A stretch of 64,000 bases of DNA from Candidatus Nanopelagicales bacterium. Its GTDB lineage: Bacteria; Actinomycetota; Actinomycetes; S36-B12; JBBRLC01. Made by a program: the position numbers and the translations under genes. The notes beneath the pieces were generated by a model that had not been told where the DNA came from, ran no database searches, and saw only the letters and a list, made by a program, of their open reading frames with translations. The stretch is from the NCBI GenBank assembly GCA_038244765.1, contig JBBRTC010000005.1:915-64914 (forward strand), in the 5' to 3' direction. Shown here one piece after another: positions 57,469 through 64,000 of the stretch (the stretch's first letter is position 1; every line of letters starts with the position of its first letter).

Positions 57469-58710
57469 TCAGGTCGTAGGTCGGTGCGCGCGTCGCCGCA
57501 AGAAGTCGGCTTCCGCGGTGCTTTGCGCCAACGCGATCGCTTCGCGATATTCCGCCGCCGCTTCATTGGTTTGACCAACTTGTTCGAGCAATTGCGCGCG
57601 AACGGCATGCCACCGATAGGCGAGGCCCCCTGTATCGGGGTCGAGGGCGTCGAGGGCGTCAACACCGGCCTGTGAGCCGTGCACCATACTCACCGCAACC
57701 ACGCGTCCGAGCCGAGCCGCGGGAGAATCGTCGACGGTCAGTAGCAAGTCATAAAGCACGAGAATCTCCGCCCAATCGGTCGCTTCGTACGTCGTCGCAT
57801 GTGCGTGAACCGCGGCGATCGCGGCTTGCAATTTGTACGAGCCCAAGGGACCACTGGTCAGCGCTGAGGTCACGAGCTGATCAGCTTCAGCGATCGTGGC
57901 TTGATCCCAACGGCCGCGGTCCTGCTCTTCCAGCGTGATGAGTTCCCCCTGCGCACCGACCCGACTCATCCGACGAGAATCGTGAAAGAGCATCAGCGCC
58001 AACAACCCCGACGCATCGACGTCCTCGGGCATCAGCCGAACAAGAAGTCGAGCCAACACGATGGCCTCGTCACAAAGCTCGGTGCGCAGAAACACATCGG
58101 CATCACTTGATGCGTAGCCCTCGTTAAAGACGAGGTAGATGACGTGACAAACAGAGGCCATGCGATCGGGAACTTCACGCACCGAGATGTCGAACGGAAT
58201 CTTGGTCGCTGCAATCTTTCGTTTGGCCCGGACCAGACGCTGAGCCATCGTCGGTTCGGGTACGAGGAAACCCCGCGCTATTTCGGCCGTCGTCAAACCC
58301 GCAACGCTTCGCAGGGTTAGTGCAATTCGCGATTCCTCCGAGAGCGCCGGATGGCAACACATGAAGAGCAAGAGAAGTTGGTCATCAAGAAAATCATCTC
58401 GAGGGGGCGCCCCCTCAACTGGTTCCATGCTGATCGGTGCAGCGCGTTCCCGCTCGGCGCGACGACCTTCTCGGCGTACTCGATCCACCACCCGGCGGCG
58501 GGCAACAGTCAGCAACCACGCGCCTGGGTTGTCGGGCAAACCCGAACGCGGCCACTGCTGCCAGGCGTCGAGGCACGCTTCCTGATAGCCGTCCTCGGCC
58601 AGATCCAAATCCCCGTACTGGCGCATCAGAGCGCCGAGGACGGTGCTCGACTCTTGTCGAAACACCGCCTCGGCGAGTGCTACATCGACTGACGCACTGA
58701 CGTCGACCAC
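57469..58710 (-). CDS. ECF sigma factor with long C-terminal TPR-like extension (ECF42-type)
   Basis: Sigma region 2 (GAWLLTVARRRVVDRVRRE) and region 4 (LTLRSVAGLTTAEIARGFLVPEPTMAQRLVRAKRKI) followed by about 230 extra residues. Directly downstream of a DGPF/YciI gene. Confidence 0.85.
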   Translation of the reverse strand: MVDVSASVDVALAEAVFRQESSTVLGALMRQYGDLDLAEDGYQEACLDAWQQWPRSGLPDNPGAWLLTVARRRVVDRVRREGRRAERERAAPISMEPVEGAPPRDDFLDDQLLLLFMCCHPALSEESRIALTLRSVAGLTTAEIARGFLVPEPTMAQRLVRAKRKIAATKIPFDISVREVPDRMASVCHVIYLVFNEGYASSDADVFLRTELCDEAIVLARLLVRLMPEDVDASGLLALMLFHDSRRMSRVGAQGELITLEEQDRGRWDQATIAEADQLVTSALTSGPLGSYKLQAAIAAVHAHATTYEATDWAEILVLYDLLLTVDDSPAARLGRVVAVSMVHGSQAGVDALDALDPDTGGLAYRWHAVRAQLLEQVGQTNEAAAEYREAIALAQSTAEADFLRRRAHRPTT

Positions 58711-58718
58711 AGCGGCAA

Positions 58719-59066
58719 TTACATGGAGACGACGGGACGAACTTCGACGCCCCCGGTTCGTGCGTCAGGGATCATCGCGGCGAGTTCGATGGCGCGGTCC
58801 AGATCGGGGACTTCGACGAGGTAGTAGCCCGCCAAAACCTCCTTCGTCTCGGCGAAGGGTCCATCGGTCGAGGTGCGCTTGCCGTTGCGTACTCGCACGG
58901 TGGTGGCGGTTTCGATGCCAGCGAGTGGTGCACCGTCGACCATTTCACCGGATGCCACGAGTTTGTCGGTGAATTCGGTGTACTCGGCGTGCATCTGGAT
59001 CTGCTGGGCCTCGGTCATCGTGCCGTTGGCCTCGGGGTTGGACGCAATCAGGAGCAGGTAACGCAT
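58719..59066 (-). CDS. YciI-related DGPF-domain protein
   Basis: MRYLLLI... and the DGPFAETKE motif. 115 aa. Confidence 0.85.
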   Translation of the reverse strand: MRYLLLIASNPEANGTMTEAQQIQMHAEYTEFTDKLVASGEMVDGAPLAGIETATTVRVRNGKRTSTDGPFAETKEVLAGYYLVEVPDLDRAIELAAMIPDARTGGVEVRPVVSM

Positions 59067-59115
59067 GGAGTCCTCCAGCTGGTCACGAGTGAGACGATCC
59101 CACTCTCAGCCGTAC

Positions 59116-59142
59116 GTCGAACGAACCCACCCATTCTCGACA
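59116..59142 (-). promoter_or_regulatory. Candidate ECF42-type promoter TGTCGA-N17-CGAC upstream of the DGPF gene
   Basis: Minus strand reads aaagaTGTCGAgaatgggtgggttcgttCGACgta, about 50 nt upstream of the start at 59066. As I recall, the ECF42 consensus is a -35 TGTCGA with a -10 CG(A/T)C. Confidence 0.45.
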
Positions 59143-59215
59143 TCTTTCTGGAGATGAATGTGCGCTTAGTCCCATCTAGTTGACCCAATGCGACATTCGT
59201 GTGGAAAGCCCGGGG

Positions 59216-61578
<2,363 letters not shown>

Positions 61579-61700
61579 GGGGGTTCCTCGTTCCTTCGCG
61601 CCCGGACGGTTTCGACCTATCAACCGACGGGTCGTGGGGAGATTTCCGACCAGTTTAGAGGCGGGAGATTTGCTCGGTTGCTGCGTCCGAATAGTGAGAT

Positions 61701-62372
61701 TTACGGTCGGAGGTCGAGAACTTCTTCGTCGTCATCCTCAAATTCACCAGTTCTCACGTGTGAAACGACCGCTGTGATGGCTCGCAAGGAGGCGACCGCG
61801 GCGGGTCCCCAGCTAGTAAGGAAGGAAAATTGCCACCACCAGAGCGCCTCGACAACGCGTTCTTCTTGGAAGTGGATGAGGCCGTGGACAAGGTCGCTGG
61901 TGATCTGCGCGACGTCGTCGGCGAGTGAGCCCCAGGCCATTTCCGGCTCGGCGTACGGGTCCACCACGTCGATGTATTCGTCGACCGGACCGATGGCCAA
62001 ACGGAGCGCATCGCGTACGTCGTCAACATCGGGTTCTGGGCCTGCATCGGGTTCGAACCGGCCTTCGGGAACGATGTCAACGATGGCTCCAAGCCGACAT
62101 CCCTCGGCGACCAGAGCCGAGATCTCCAGCAACAGCAGGGATATTGCCTCGTCGGGGTGTTCACCCTCGGCGATGGCTTCAACTAAGCCGATGAAGTCGC
62201 GAGCCGCGTCGGCGACATCGGCGGCGAGTTGAAGCAGGTCGGGGTCTGCGACGGTTGCGGCGGCTCCGGAGGCCAATACCTCGCCGGGCGTCGGGGCAGG
62301 GAGTTCCGTGGGGTCGCGGATCGCGGGAACGATGATTACCGCATCGGTGTCTGACGCACGTTCTTCAGCCAT
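61701..62372 (-). CDS. DUF5063 domain protein
   Basis: Acidic protein located between recR and ask, as is typical in actinobacteria. ATG at 62372 preceded by AAGGGAGG. Confidence 0.7.
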   Translation of the reverse strand: MAEERASDTDAVIIVPAIRDPTELPAPTPGEVLASGAAATVADPDLLQLAADVADAARDFIGLVEAIAEGEHPDEAISLLLLEISALVAEGCRLGAIVDIVPEGRFEPDAGPEPDVDDVRDALRLAIGPVDEYIDVVDPYAEPEMAWGSLADDVAQITSDLVHGLIHFQEERVVEALWWWQFSFLTSWGPAAVASLRAITAVVSHVRTGEFEDDDEEVLDLRP

Positions 62373-62964
62373 CGAGTCGTCGCCTCCCTTCAAACGCTCG
62401 ACCAAGGGTCACTTCGTCGGCGTACTCCAGGTCGCCCCCGACGGGCAGACCGCTAGCCAACCGTGTCACGGTCAGACCCATCGGGGCGATCAGGCGCGCG
62501 AGATAGCTCGCAGTTGCTTCACCTTCGAGGTTGGGATCGGTGGCCAAGATCAATTCCGCGACGGTTCCGTCGGCCAGCCGGGTCATGAGTTCACGAATCC
62601 GCAGGTCATCGGGACCGATACCGTCAATCGGGGAAATGGCGCCGCCCAGCACGTGATACCTGCCTCGGAATTCCCGCGTTCGCTCCACCGCGAGGACGTC
62701 CTTGGGTTCCTCCACGACGCAAATCATGGTGAGGTCGCGCCGCGGGTCGGCACAAATTCGGCACTGCGCGGACTCGGCGACGTTGAAGCAAATTTCGCAG
62801 TAACGCAACTTGTCCTTTACCTCAGTGATTACGTGAGCCAACCGGTCCAAGTCCGCTGGATCAGTGTCGAGCAAGTAGAACGCGATCCGCTGGGCACCCT
62901 TGGGACCCACTCCGGGAAGTCTGCTCAACTCATCGATCAGGTCCTGAACAATCCCTTCGTACAT
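62365..62964 (-). CDS. recR: Recombination protein RecR
   Basis: N-terminal HhH region [21 protein letters not shown], zinc finger C-x2-C...C-x2-C ([17 protein letters not shown]), and the Toprim segment [12 protein letters not shown]. Confidence 0.95.
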   Translation of the reverse strand: MYEGIVQDLIDELSRLPGVGPKGAQRIAFYLLDTDPADLDRLAHVITEVKDKLRYCEICFNVAESAQCRICADPRRDLTMICVVEEPKDVLAVERTREFRGRYHVLGGAISPIDGIGPDDLRIRELMTRLADGTVAELILATDPNLEGEATASYLARLIAPMGLTVTRLASGLPVGGDLEYADEVTLGRAFEGRRRLDG

Positions 62965-62972
62965 CGTGGAAC

Positions 62973-64000
62973 TCAGGATCCTTCAATTTCGCTGACGACC
63001 TTGCCACCGAGCATCTGCTCGACCAAGGGAACGCCGGCGAGCCCAACCTCGATGACGTCGGCATCGTGAACACTCGGAGCGTCGCCGTCCAGAACGCGAA
63101 GGTCGACAGCAGCGTCGGGCTCCGGCTTGGCTGGGATCTTGCGCGGCGTACGCCGCTTTGGCGTCGTCTTGTCGCTTGCCGGCACGACCGGGGGAGTGAT
63201 CTCGCGAGTTGCTTCCTCGACGTGCCCATCACCGCGTGCTGTCTCGGCCGGCGCGCTGTCGACACTTGCTGTCTGGTCAACGCTTGTCGCTTTGGGCGGC
63301 TCTTGAGACTCGGAGGGCTTGGTCGAATCGGTGCGCCTGGCAGTTTTTGCCGCTTCGATTGGCGCGGCGGACTTTGCTTGATCCGGCGACAGGACGAGGT
63401 CAGGGCGCAGATCGAGTTTGAGGACTTCAAGGATCGCGGCCCGCAAGCGCTCGTCTTGGCGCGACTGTAGGGCGAAGGTGATCCTGCCCTGGTCGGGGAA
63501 GGCCACCGCGATGGCTCCGTCGGATACCGAGACAGGCGACGTTTGAGCGAAAGCGGTCCATGTCACGCGGCTTTCCGCTTTGAGTGCATCGAGTACGGCT
63601 GGCCACATGGCGACGACTGAGGCGAGATCAATACCACTAGCGCGAGCGTCAGAGGCGGGCTCGGCGGAATCAACGCGGGTGCTTGCTGTTGCCGCCTCGG
63701 TCGTCACAACTGCTGCGGACTCCAAGGTGGGTGGTGCGGTCGCATCGTCGCGGCTCTCGATGTTGGACTGTGGCGAATCCGGAGCTTGCGATTGAGCTGC
63801 CGGTTGCTTAGCACCTCGGGAGGCCGCGGTTCGCTGCGGTCGAGTGGGCGACGTACGGGGCGCACTTGACACCGGCACTTCGCCGCCCTCAGCGAGAGTC
63901 GCCTGCAGCGCGGCTAGTCGGCGATCGATCTGGTCAACTCGCGTGAGCAGACCGATGCTGCTGTCGTCAGATCCCGGAAGCAATAGGCGCGCACATAACA
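62973..64000 (-). CDS. dnaX: DNA polymerase III subunit gamma/tau, C-terminal part (gene continues beyond the window end)
   Basis: The reading frame stays open to position 64000 (..[14 protein letters not shown]). Low-complexity Ala/Pro/Ser linker and a typical C-terminal tail ([23 protein letters not shown]). Located directly upstream of recR. Confidence 0.8.
   Translation of the reverse strand, partial: LCARLLLPGSDDSSIGLLTRVDQIDRRLAALQATLAEGGEVPVSSAPRTSPTRPQRTAASRGAKQPAAQSQAPDSPQSNIESRDDATAPPTLESAAVVTTEAATASTRVDSAEPASDARASGIDLASVVAMWPAVLDALKAESRVTWTAFAQTSPVSVSDGAIAVAFPDQGRITFALQSRQDERLRAAILEVLKLDLRPDLVLSPDQAKSAAPIEAAKTARRTDSTKPSESQEPPKATSVDQTASVDSAPAETARGDGHVEEATREITPPVVPASDKTTPKRRTPRKIPAKPEPDAAVDLRVLDGDAPSVHDADVIEVGLAGVPLVEQMLGGKVVSEIEGS

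Overview
High-GC actinobacterial chromosome segment, densely coding. I saw no rRNA, CRISPR array, transposase or integrase. Gene order follows the conserved actinobacterial backbone known from M. tuberculosis Rv3649-Rv3721c and the Streptomyces bldG region. In order: a partial MFS transporter; an H+-pyrophosphatase; an anti-sigma / BldG-like STAS pair; a DECH helicase with a DUF1998 zinc module; and a tad-like 'helicase/secretion neighbourhood' operon. That operon holds two TadE-like genes, a 59-aa Flp pilin missing from the ORF track, TadC/TadB-like genes, a TadA-like ATPase and Ssd. A roughly 12-kb amine-catabolism block follows at 12.3-24 kb: a dimethylglycine-oxidase-like FAD/GcvT enzyme, a HutC-type GntR regulator, an APC permease, a choline/ethanolamine-kinase-like gene and a GlnA4-like gamma-glutamylation set. 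Two near-identical GGTCTAGACC palindromes appear to tie this block together. Next come acs-nhaA, a holin-X-like gene, an alpha/beta hydrolase, DUF309, Nudix, TlpA, nth, an RsiG-like protein carrying a perfect c-di-GMP-binding motif, and crp. Then MBL/Nudix/RidA/DUF4177, an ArsA-like ATPase pair, whiB, a class A PBP, YqeY, a metallophosphoesterase and tRNA-Pro(CGG). After that: dienelactone hydrolase, a methyltransferase plus radical SAM enzyme, a YnjBCD-like ABC importer divergent from a CDP-alcohol phosphatidyltransferase, asd-ask, DUF5063, recR and the 3' part of dnaX. The most interesting candidate for an undescribed system is at 52.9-59.1 kb: an ECF42-type sigma factor with its DGPF partner, directly upstream of an ATP-grasp / serine hydrolase / flavin disulfide reductase operon. 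That operon is preceded by a Cys-rich small ORF whose stop overlaps the ATP-grasp start codon. All functional calls rest on motif recognition by eye and on remembered family knowledge; no database search was run.
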